A DNA stretch of 63,087 nt, filler included, from Reclinomonas americana ATCC 50394 (lineage: Eukaryota): the NCBI GenBank assembly GCA_048213135.1. It is 10 parts of 10 records of this genome, joined end to end, with 100 filler letters (N's around TTAATTAATTAA, not from the genome) between each part and the next. Parts side by side here need not be neighbours in the genome. Positions count along the whole stretch, not along the records: positions 1 to 7,801 come from AFZH01021864.1; positions 7,902 to 10,007 come from AFZH01021867.1; positions 10,108 to 14,813 come from AFZH01021868.1; 7 more parts are not named here. One strand, given 5' to 3'. Shown here one piece after another: positions 1-12,918 of the stretch (the first letter of the stretch is position 1; each line of letters starts with the position of its first letter). The position numbers and the translations under genes were made by a program. Under the pieces are notes generated by a model that did no database searches, was not told where the DNA came from, and worked only from the letters and a program-made list of their open reading frames with translations.

Positions 1-637
1 TTTTTCTTTTGCCACCACGTTTTTGACGGACGAGGAGCAGCACGGTGGAGATCACGCCAACGACATCATCTGCAACGCCGAGGATCTCGCCCACCTCACT
101 CGATTCAACAGCACCACCCTCTTTCCAAACTACTTTTGTGACTCTCCGCCGGCCATGGCAGTGATGTCCTTTTTCATGGTCCTGCTCTCTGTCTTTACGA
201 TCATCGTGTTGCTGTGCGCATGCAGCTGCTCTTGCGTGTGCAATGAGGTTTGTAATCACAAGCAAATTATGTGCGCTTCATATATGTGCTTCGAATTCGA
301 TTTTGCAGCGCTGCGTACGTGTCTCACGTGTCTATCCGTTGCACGCAGGAGCTCAAGGATTTCTGGGTCATCAATATCCCCCCGCCGCCGGATCCGGAGC
401 CGCCGGCGCCGGCTGCTGCAGCTGGCGCCGGCCTCGGCGCGGTCAACGCTGCGCACGCACCCCACGCACACCCTAGCGCTGATCATGACAAGTTCGAATC
501 TGTGCGAATGATCGTCGCGGTGATTTCCCTGTTCCTAATTGGGCTCGCAATGCTCGTCATGCGAGCAGTCAGCTACGCGACCAGCGATAATAGCGTTGCG
601 GACTGGCTTTTTTTCTGCCTCTGGATTTTTCAGGATA

Positions 638-1497
638 CAGTCCTCTTCAAAAGTTTCTGTACAACGGACACTTTTCTCTCAGTTCTTCGTGAAGAAAACG
701 ACTGCCACGTTTTTTTGTGCGGGAATCGGACTTTCAGGACCTGCCGAACATGCTCGCGAGCTCCGATTCCCGCGAAAATCGATGAAAAATTTGTGATTCA
801 CATTTTTCGTCGCGACATGTCGCGCGGGCGAGACTGCTTTGCCCCAGAATGTGTGCACACAATCGCGCGATTCCTCGAGTGCCACAAGTAGTCTGTGGTG
901 TCTCGCGAGTTTCCCTCCAGCCGCGAGACAGCGAACCACTCAGAAAGAGTCGATTTTTTCATCTGACGAATTGGTCTTGTTTATTTGTTCACTTCACCGG
1001 TCTTTTGGTGACGAACCGCTGCAACGCGAAGGTCAGGATCATCACCAAGCTGCACCTGGTGGTAGTGCAATGCGAACTGAGCGACTACGCGGAGGTGGCT
1101 TTCGCTGGCAACCACTGCACGTCGACGCTTCCAGCCACCGGGCCAAAATTATCTCGGAGCACGTGGAGACCGTTCAGAGGGACGTTCTCGACTGGCCGCA
1201 AAAGGGCTGCGACCCCAACCCGAATGAGAACCTCTGGGCACTCGTACGAAGTCGGGTGAATAGCCGGTGCCCGAATAATGCAGTCGCAACTGAAATGGCA
1301 ATTTCACCAGAAACGGAAAAAGTTCGGCAATTGGACTTGCTTTCGTTGGTGGACTTAATGCCATCATGGATCGCCGCCGTTTTGGCCAGCGGTGGGGCAC
1401 GGACCAACTACTAAGCCTGGAAAGAAAGGAGTCTTTCGGATACATGGTTCCGGCGAATGAACGATTTCTTGGTGTCAGAAACTTTTGAAGAGGACTG
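638..1497 (+). mobile_element. Tc1/mariner-superfamily DNA transposon, non-autonomous and internally degraded, 860 bp
   Basis: Perfect 22-bp TIRs CAGTCCTCTTCAAAAGTTTCTG (638-659) and its reverse complement (1476-1497), TA target duplication at 636-637 and 1498-1499, transposase remnant inside. Confidence 0.93.
839..1414 (+). pseudogene. Tc1-like DDE transposase remnant
   Basis: IFSSDE (first catalytic D region), DWPQKGCDPNPNENLW (cf. WPxxSPDLNPIENLW) and C-terminal MPSWIAAVLASGGARTNY (cf. MPxRxxAVIxAxGGxTKY). Too short and broken for a full transposase. Confidence 0.85.
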
Positions 1498-2849
1498 TAT
1501 TTGCACAGGGATTTTATTCATGCATGTGACGTACAAGTCGCGAGGTTATGTGGTTGGCCACAAGACTCCTCGGGTGCTCTTCGGCTTGATCATGTGGTGG
1601 ATGGCAGTGCAGGCGCTGACTCACATGTTTGCCGACTATATATTCCTATGGAAGTGGCTTCGTCCAAGTGCTTCGACAGGTGAGTGTGTGTTTGGAATAC
1701 TCGATTTCTATTGTGGCGCTGCGATCTGATATCTCCTCCGTGTCGGTACACAGACCCTGCATACGTTGGTGTTATTCGCCTCCTGCCAGCAGTGTCCGCC
1801 GTATTCTACGTAACTTGTTTCTGTGGAGCTATGGCAGCGTTGCACCCGCGCCATCGGCACGACGACGATGTCCCTAACAGACCAACAGCAGTACCGGATA
1901 GCCATAAAAACACCAAAGATCGCGACAAGGCCTGGCTGCTGGCGCTTGTGTGGTACGCGGTCCCGACTATTGTGATCCCGTTGACGGTGGGCTTCGTACA
2001 TGGCTTGGCATCTGTACTTGGCGGCCCGATTGCACGTTTTGTTGAACATGTCGTGGGGCTCGTTGTTGCTTTTCGACTGGCGAGGGTGACTGGAGCCATC
2101 AATCGTAAATCAGCAGCAGTACGCGACTGCTGCGCGTGCACGTGTTGTGGATATGTTTTGGAGGATGTCAACTACCGCGGAGAGTCAAATGGATTCTTCT
2201 TCCTCACTAGCGCGGTGACCATGTGCAGCTACTTGTTCGACATCTCATACGGATTCCTTGCAATGTCAGCCCCCAACTCTGCTCTCTACGGGGTGGCTGC
2301 GGTATTTGGATTGGTTAGCACGCCCGTGTTCTTTGTGGCGGTTCAGCGCGGAGATGCAGCGATCAACAGGTGCGTGCATACTGTGTGAGGCAGTCTGCTT
2401 CTATATTCTTTGCAGCATCTAATGATTTGTATACATCGATATCTACAGCATCTGCCGAGACAAAGGTTGGTTTCTGTGTTGGAGCATATGCACCTGCTTG
2501 CTTCACTCCATCTGGCTTGGCGTGTGGATCGACGCAATCAGCAACGACAGGACGATTGCTGAGGTCCACAATGTGCAACCGGCGCTGGGCCTGGCAATGG
2601 CTGCGCTGGTGCTGAAGTTTGTCGTCCTCGTCATCGAACAGACCTGTGTGATGACAGTTGCAGCTTTCGTTGACGGGCCACATCCTGTGGCTGCGGTGCC
2701 GGCGCCGGCGCCTCTGGCCACGGTGTGATTCTGGTTGAAGAGCAAACAGAGGCTACTGAGATCGGCGGCGATTGGTAAAGAAACACTTCATTCGCCACAT
2801 GATGCATGCATGACAACCCCGTCAGTCCCTTTGCCACTGGCAGTGACCT

Positions 2850-5800
2850 TCAAATACCCACCGCATCCGTAAAATCCGGCAACACGGTCCCGATAATGCG
2901 CTCCACAAGTCCTTGCGTTTGCCGACGAATTATCCGAATCGAACTACCCGACGCCAGTGCAACGTACTGAGTACCACACGCCATGTGACCCGCGACCATC
3001 GTGGAGATCTCCTCACGATCCAGCAGACTCGCCTGTTCGTCAAGAGGCACTCTTTGTCCACTCGCCAGAGACCACACGAGCGCAGCTCCCCTCCAGCCCA
3101 CGCTCACAACATATCGACCATCGGGAGTGGTAGACACCGCCCTCAACCACGTCATATGTCCCTCGAATCGTTGCACTTCTTCACCACTCGCCAGTGACAG
3201 TAAGCACACTGTTTTGTCAGCACTGCCACTGACAATGTGTTGACCGTCGGGAGTGAGCGCGACAGATGTCACCATGCCATTATGCACCCATATTTCGTGC
3301 ACTGCCTCGCCACACGCTAGCGACCAAACTCGCACAGTTTTATCCGTGCTCCCACTCACAACATGCTGGCCATCGGGAGTGACTGCAACAGCCCACACTC
3401 GCTTGGCGTGACCTTCAAGCCGTCGCAATTCTTCTCCGGTTGCCCTATTCCACACTCGAACTGTCTTGTCCTCACTTCCACTCACAACAAGTCGACTGTC
3501 AAATGAAACGGCAACACACAACACTCCTTGAGTGTGTCCCGCCAGTCGCCACATGTTTTGTCCACTCGGCAACGACCACACACACACCGTTGAGTCATCG
3601 CTCCCACTCACAACATATTTCGCGTCGGGCGTGATGACCACAGATTGGACTCTCGCAGTGTGTCCACGCAGTCGCTCCTCCGTGACACCATTCGCAACGT
3701 CGAACAAAAGAACCAAACCGCTAATGCTTCCACTCACGATGAATCGGCCGTCAGGGGTCAAGGAGAATGACGACGGCAACCCAGTGTGGCCCTCCGCCCT
3801 CCGCAATTCTTCTCCACTCATCGCCGACCACATTCTCACAGTACCATCAGTACTGGCACTCACAATCTGCTTGCAATCGGGGGTTAACGCAATAGAATGC
3901 ACCGCTCCATTGTGTCCCTCCATCCGTCGGACTTGATCCTCGCCCACAACAGACCACAAGCGCATCACGTTGTCACTTGCGCCACTTACAATTTGCTGAC
4001 CGTCAGGAGTGACAGCAACCGCCAATACCAGACCCGCGTGCCCTTCCAATCGTCGCATTTCCTCCCCACTCTCAAGTGACCACACTCGGATGGTCTTGTC
4101 ACCGCTACCACTCACGACATGCTTATTATCAGGAGTGATTGCGACAGAGTGGACAGTATCAGTGTGTCCCTCCAATCGTCGCACTTCTTTTCCACTCGCC
4201 AACGACCACACGCGGATTGTATTATCCGCACCCCCACTGACAACATGCAGACCATCGGGGGTGATGGCGACTGACCGAACTTGTTTGGTGTGCTCCGTCA
4301 GCTGGTGCATTACTTCTCCACTCGCCACAGACCACACTCTCACAGTGTAGTCATCACTTCCGCTAATGATATGCTGACCGTCGGGAGTGACGGCAACAGA
4401 TCGCACCGCAAAGGTGTGTCCCTCCAACCGCTGCACTTCGTCTCCACTTTCCAGCGACCACACACGAATTGTCTTGTCTCCGCTGCCACTCACAATGTGT
4501 TGATTATCGGAAGTAACGGCGACACATCGGATGTCATCCGTGTGTCCTTCAAATCGCCGCACCTCCTTGCCACTTGCCAGTGACCACATCCGCACGGTGA
4601 AATCTCTGCTTCCGCTTATAACCTGCTGACCATCGGGACTGACTGCAACAGACTGGACGAATCCAGTGTGTCCCTCCAATCGTGCCACTTCCTCCCCAGT
4701 CGCCAGTGACCACACACGCACTGTCCCGTCGTTACTTCCACTCAGAAGATGCTTTCCATCGGGAAAGACGGTGACACATGTTACAGATCTCGTGTGCCCC
4801 ACCACTGGCTTACTCGGCCATTTCACACCCGTCACTTCTGCCCCCGTGAAATCCGCCTCCCTCGCAAACGCCATGCACACATTCACTCTTCGCAGATCTG
4901 CTCCCCTCCAAACTGTCCTGTGCATCACCGCATCCCTCAAATCCGCACCCCTCACTCGCACTCCCGACAGATCTCGCCCACTGAACGACACTTGAGCCAC
5001 ACACAACACCGTCGCTGCATTCGCCGCTGCCGTCACCAACCGCTCGTCATCCACTTCCCGTGACAACTCAATCACCTCCCACAGTCTCGCTTGCAATGCA
5101 GGAGATCGTCGCACCACCTCGGCCATCTGCTCCACCAATGATGGCCGGTTATTCAGCAGCCGCACTGCCAATACATGCTGTCGCACATCTTCTATCGCCA
5201 ACCTCCTCTCCTCATCCCACGTCTCCCATGCAAACACATACTGCGCCGCACAGTGCTCCAGTAATGACCGGTGCATAAACCCCCACTCGTCCGTCCCATA
5301 CCGTCGCACGATTGGACAGCACACTCGCACATGCTGGTTTCTGTGTCCAAGAAATACGTCGAATGGGTTGTTTTGCTGTCGATGGTCAACATATGGGCTA
5401 CCAAACTCATCTACTTCCTCGTCATTATCTGACAGAGTCTCCTTCACAGACACACGCAACACATTCCTCTCATACATCAAGCGAGCCAGTCCCTCACAGA
5501 AGGAAAGACACTTTCTTTCTGTTGGAACATTTTCTGCACCAAGACTGGTTTGCCTCTCAAGCTCCCTCGCAATCCACTGTCGAATGAATCGGTCAAACAC
5601 ATCATGCCGAGTCGGTCGCTGCACGCCACTCGCCACCAACTGCGGCAACACACGAGCCACCACCGTCAGCATGAACGGATTCGTCACCAGTTCATCCAGT
5701 CCATGCACAGTCTTCAGTGCACGAATGTACTCCTCGGCAGTCGACCACCCTTCACTACCCTCATCATCACCGTCACCAGGCACTAGCACCAGTCGCTCAA

Positions 5801-7605
5801 AGTACTCCTCAATCTGCTCCTCGCTGAACGGTGCAATGTGTCGCTCCATCAGCTGCTGCATGCGCAATTGTCTATGTGCATCCACCGGTGCAAAATAGCG
5901 CCGATACTGTGTCACTCCACCCAACACCGTCAGAGCGTAATCGATCCGGCAAGTGATAATCACCTTCAAGTCTCGACACACGTCCAACTGGTTCTTGGCA
6001 AACAGATTCACACCACGGAACAGCTCGTCGTATCCGTCAAGCAGCAACAGCAGCGGCTCCTCCTTCAACCGTCGCACGTCCGACTCACTGAATTCCAACT
6101 CGGGCGACAGTCTCTCTAAAGCCTCCTCCAACAGTCGGTCGCGTGGTGCGCGCAGCGCACCAAGAGGCACGCGCACAGGCACTCGTCGACTTTCTCCCGT
6201 CTGCCATTGGCGCCACGCTCGCTCCGCCACCTTTGACATGGTGGTGGTCTTGCCGGCTCCACTATTACCAAATAGCACCAACACACGGTGAGTGATGTTG
6301 GTGTCGGCGAGGAAGGCATCCACCTCCGTCAACAGATCCGTCATCTTCTCCCTGGACGAGACGTCCCGCTCTTGTGAGCAAAGCAGTGGCACAAATATCT
6401 GCAAGTCCTTGTGCACACTTTCGTCGTTGCAGTAGTACTCGAGCTCTCGCCCACACAAAGCCTTGACGACTGTGATTCGCAAGAGAGTCAGTCGTAACTA
6501 GAACATCTCGAATATCAACAATTCTCTGTGTGGAAATTCGTGGAGTTGCTAACCTGGATACAAACTAAGTCGAAACTCGTTGAGTTCCTTGTCCACAAGA
6601 TTGTGTCGATGCAAGGCATCTTGGACTTGTCCCTCTTGTTGTGTATCTAGAAGATAGAGCCTGACGTGTTCATGCCAGGCCGGCAGCGATAAATGTCCGT
6701 GCTCGTTGATTGCGCCCTCGAGGGCCCGCACATACGGAGAAACATCAGCATCTGGTTATCACGAAAGGAGATCACGTGAGAAATCAGCACATTGCTGGCG
6801 CTGTATGAAGTCGCGACTCACCACCCTCGAATGCTTCCAAGCCGTGACAACACGCAAAGCCAGCAAAAACATTGTTCGCCAGACTACTCTCGTCTATGGG
6901 ACTGACACTCTGCGGGCGAGACCTACACTCAGACACACACAGAATGAGAAATGCAGAATCAAAGCGACTTGTCTCAAGTCAAGCAAGCGCACTCGGCAAT
7001 CTTCCGGCAGCAATTCATCAAAAAGATCACTACCGTGCGCCTCGATGCCTTCCGCCGGAGTTCCGGCATGCAGTATCCGACGAGCTTCAGCGATTTTACA
7101 CCACTCAGCTGCGCAAGTTTTGTCAATCGCAAGTCCGCTCGCAAACAAAGATATCAGAGACGTCAGACAACTCACCAGCTCTTTCATGGAGACACTGTCG
7201 CTGTTGACATCGCATGGGAGGAGCAGCAGGTCTCCGCCACTCGTCAATCCGTGACCAGAGAAGAACAGCAGAACGCACTCGCACGTCCCGTTAATCTCGC
7301 CTCGCACAAATTCGTCAAACACAGAACACATTTTCCTTCCCTTCACATCTTCGCGTCGACAGACGTGGAATCCACATGCCTCAAGTACAGGCGCTAGCAA
7401 AGCTACACGAGCGAATTCGAAGAGAACAAAAGAAAGGAGCAAGATAGAGTGAAAGTGAGCGGATTGTCGTCATGCATGATTGCGGCGACGAGCGCTCAAT
7501 ACATACATACACGCACCCACATCACGCGGCGGATTATTCAACTGCCCAAACACCTCCCCTGCATCGCAAGAGTTGCCGATGAGCAGCGCCACACGCTTGT
7601 ATTTC
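2850..7605 (-). CDS. Caspase/paracaspase-like (peptidase C14) - NACHT - pentapeptide repeat - 14x WD40 protein (NLR-like), 5'-partial
   Basis: Exons 7605-7517, 7402-7176, 7108-6993, 6922-6822, 6751-6554, 6469-2850 join in frame via GT-AG introns. Motifs: KRVALLIGNS..LNNPPRDV..GFHV, LLFFSGHG (His), VVIFLMNCCR (Cys), p10-like FAGFACCHGLEAFEG..SPYVRAL; Walker A GNSGAGKT, Walker B LLLLLDGYDE, IITCR, NPFML; pentapeptide GRDLSGVRVRGADLRDA; 14 GH..WS repeats. Confidence 0.88.
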
Positions 7606-7648
7606 CTGCAGCAGTGAGAGTGATACTTGATCATGAGATCGGGCAACT

Positions 7649-7650
<2 letters not shown>

Positions 7651-7679
<29 letters not shown>

Positions 7680-7689
7680 CATACACACA

Positions 7690-7749
<60 letters not shown>

Positions 7750-7770
7750 ACCGCGCACACACACACACAC
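7651..7770. repeat. (CT)n/(CA)n microsatellite at contig end
   Basis: Directly visible dinucleotide run just before the first spacer. Confidence 0.95.
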
Positions 7771-7801
7771 TACAACAAACAAAACGAAGAAGAAACGAAC
7801 G

Positions 7802-7901
7802 NNNNNNNNNNNNNNNNNNNNNNNNNNNNNNNNNNNNNNNNNNNNTTAATTAATTAANNNNNNNNNNNNNNNNNNNNNNNNNNNNNNNNNNNNNNNNNNN
7901 N
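7802..7901. other. Artificial 100-bp contig spacer (N44-TTAATTAATTAA-N44); others at 10008-10107, 14814-14913, 21356-21455, 44908-45007, 52271-52370, 56275-56374, 58522-58621, 60970-61069
   Basis: The same structure occurs nine times; TTAATTAATTAA puts stops in all six frames. Confidence 0.98.
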
Positions 7902-7923
7902 CATTGCACGCTCCCACTTCACC

Positions 7924-9084
7924 GTGCGAGCTGCGGTCAACTCTGCTGCTGTGTCCTCCTTGCCACCTTCAGTGTGCGACTGTACCCTGGATGAGTATCT
8001 GTGCACGGTTGCTGCAATCATCAACTCACAATTCATGCTCATGGCACCGCCGCCGGATGGTGGTGGCGGAGTCGAGGAGAAAAATTGGCTGGCCTCACCA
8101 CCACCTGCAGCTGATGACACGCTGCCACTGCCGCCAGGTCGTATTATCGCCTGCAACGGCATCGTCTTGACGAGGGCACGTGCTTATCTTGTGGGAGTCG
8201 AGAATGATGTGTGCAAGAGTGGTGACGGCGTCACGGCACCGACACTCCCGCCTTTTACTCGGAATGAGGATGACAGACAGGTTATGCGCCTTCGGCATTG
8301 CTATGACCAATTGTTTAGGATGTGGACATCGTATCGTATGCAGTTGGGGTCAGCGTCTCACATGCAGCCTCGTTCCGCATCGGAGACCACTGCTGCAGCA
8401 CCAGCACATGCATCATCGACTGATGTCGTTTACGTTGGCGCTGGAAGAACAGTGGCAGCTGGTGGTGGTGCACCACGACGCGATGCACATGATGTGATCC
8501 GCGAGTCGTTTGGGAGACTTCTGGATGAGTGCTCCGTGTTCATCGGCGAGAAGACGTCAACTCGTCTGGACGGCACTGGCACCGACACTCAACTGCAATC
8601 AGCTGCAGGCGGGTCCACTGCAGACTGCGGTTCCACCGCCACTGTGCGCACGCAGTTGCGCTCTCGTGCTGCTAAGCTCACCGACACTGATCAACGACTT
8701 GCGCTGCGAGTACTTGTGCCAGAGGCTGGTTGGCTCACATGCTCATCAGTGTTGGTTGGCTCTGCACTGAAACTTGCGGCACTCTTCTCGGCGGCGAGTC
8801 ATGAGATGTCGACACTGTTTACTGCCAAGGAAGAGTCCAGTGCACTGCTGGATGCACTGCTGACGTCGTCAGGCGTCAGCTCCGACATTGATCATCGCCA
8901 CCGTGTCTTCAACTGCGGCGGTGCAGAATGCACCAGGTGCATGTTGATGAGGACGAAGATTGGCGCGTTCACGGCCGAAAAAACGGCGTTGAAGGCGTTA
9001 TCAGATCACGTCAGAATCCTTGATGCCATAGCATGTTGCGTCGTGTATCACTATGTGGAAAAGAGAAGGGCAGACTGTGAATAG
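7924..9084 (+). CDS. Hypothetical protein (~386 aa open frame, possibly 5'-partial)
   Basis: Long uninterrupted ORF from the contig start with natural protein-like composition; no family recognised. Confidence 0.5.
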   Translation: MRAAVNSAAVSSLPPSVCDCTLDEYLCTVAAIINSQFMLMAPPPDGGGGVEEKNWLASPPPAADDTLPLPPGRIIACNGIVLTRARAYLVGVENDVCKSGDGVTAPTLPPFTRNEDDRQVMRLRHCYDQLFRMWTSYRMQLGSASHMQPRSASETTAAAPAHASSTDVVYVGAGRTVAAGGGAPRRDAHDVIRESFGRLLDECSVFIGEKTSTRLDGTGTDTQLQSAAGGSTADCGSTATVRTQLRSRAAKLTDTDQRLALRVLVPEAGWLTCSSVLVGSALKLAALFSAASHEMSTLFTAKEESSALLDALLTSSGVSSDIDHRHRVFNCGGAECTRCMLMRTKIGAFTAEKTALKALSDHVRILDAIACCVVYHYVEKRRADCE

Positions 9085-9587
9085 CGCAATTATGGCACAA
9101 CAGAGTCAGTCGACACATGCATTCTGCTGATCTGAGACCGATCTCTCACCCAAGTGCAATGCATGTTGCAATTGCAGGCGCTGTGCAGTCAGAACGCAGT
9201 ACCGCACTGTTGTTCGGTAGGCAAAACGCACTTTGTGTGCAGGACGTTAGCGCGCAGGCCGCAAGGCACAGACACTTGCTGGCGCCAGCACACGGTGCTG
9301 TCAGCAACCAGCACGTACACCCTCTGGATTTGCGATATCCAAGACTCATGACAGAAGGTAAGTGTGTGATTATGAGTAGTAGAAAAGGGTCTCCTATCAT
9401 GGTTGTTTGTCAGTGTGAGCAATTTCAACTGTCGCCTCGCACGCTGCGCATACGCACTTCATGAATTCAGCGTGCACTATTTTTCTCTGTATGTGTGTTA
9501 TGGTTCACTTGTTTACCTCTCAGTGTGATGTCGTCCCATATATGCATAGGTCTCTCGTCGCTCTCTTTTTTCTGGTGTCCCTCTTCT

Positions 9588-9904
9588 TGCAGTGCTCGGC
9601 GACAGTACTCTGGCCAGTTCACTGATCCATACACGAAGAGTAATGAGCATCTTGACGTCAGTGCACTGCAGCTGCTAGCAAGTGATCGTCACCAACAAAT
9701 CTCGTGTATGTAACATGTGCATCCACTTGAACAGCTTTAGTTGTAAGTGGAAAGAGCACGAGACCTGTTGGCGATCACCGATATGATGATGCTCCTTGCT
9801 AATAATAATAGAAACTTCACTGATCCATACACAACAATGAGCATACCAGTGATCGCGTATGTATGGATCAGAGCAAGCTTCTATGGCACGAGACTTGTCA
9901 TCAT
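9588..9904. ncRNA. Cluster of three imperfect hairpins sharing sequence blocks (candidate small-RNA precursor)
   Basis: Arms 9682-9706/9757-9778; 9820-9831/9860-9871 (perfect 12 bp, extendable); 9616-9625/9658-9667. The 17-mer TTCACTGATCCATACAC is repeated at 9618 and 9816. Confidence 0.35.
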
Positions 9905-10540
9905 TGCTGTGTGGGTTATGTGCTCCTTGCTTGGCTAGCATCTCTCTCTTCTCTCTCCCTCTCTCTTGATCGCCCTTCGCACCGCCTCTGTTGGCTGACT
10001 CATTCTTNNNNNNNNNNNNNNNNNNNNNNNNNNNNNNNNNNNNNNNNNNNNTTAATTAATTAANNNNNNNNNNNNNNNNNNNNNNNNNNNNNNNNNNNNN
10101 NNNNNNNGCGAGTGACCGCGACATGTCCGCTTTTATTGTTTGTTCACTGTGTGTGCTCTCACACACACGCACGTGCATTGGCGTTCATGCTCAATGTGCC
10201 GTGATTTTGCGGCTATTTTTGAGCTCTCGCACGCCTGCTCATGTGCTGCTCTTTCGTGCGTGGGACTGTGTCGCAGTCGCTCTTGTCTCTCGCCTTCTCA
10301 TTGTTCCTTGTGTCAGTGAGCTTTCTTTCGTGGAGTTATTTGACACGCACACGCCATGTGTGTGTGCGTTGAGCGTGTATATATGTGTGCGAATCAGTGT
10401 GACACGGAATCTGTGATGCTCACTCTCGAGTAGTCTTTGGCCGCAAAACGCAGTCTCTCTCCTCCTCCGCTCTCTTCTCCTCTCCCTCCCTCCCTCTCCC
10501 TCATATGCGCCTCACCACCTGCGCGCACACGCACACACAG

Positions 10541-12918
<2,378 letters not shown>

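Larger units (their letters stand above)
1..2728 (+). pseudogene. Multi-pass membrane protein of unknown family, spliced, interrupted by a Tc1/mariner insertion (5' end may be partial)
   Basis: Successive hydrophobic exons (ORFs 23..511, 271..891, 1457..1729, 1684..2388, 2498..2728). Removing 638..1499 restores one frame, ...WLFFCLWIFQD|ICTGILFMHVTYK...; the last exon ends ...PAPAPLATV* at 2728. Confidence 0.65.

Noticed and set aside
3050..4799. 126-bp periodic DNA repeats as a CRISPR-like array or satellite
   Set aside because: Fully explained by in-frame WD40 coding repeats; no repeat-spacer structure and no cas genes.
6549..6553. In-frame stops suggesting an alternative genetic code or a pseudogene in the caspase region
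   Set aside because: All the stops fall within GT-AG introns; the standard code gives a continuous frame.
7846..7857. TTAATTAATTAA palindrome recurring nine times
   Set aside because: Always centred in N runs of fixed length; an assembly linker, not biology.
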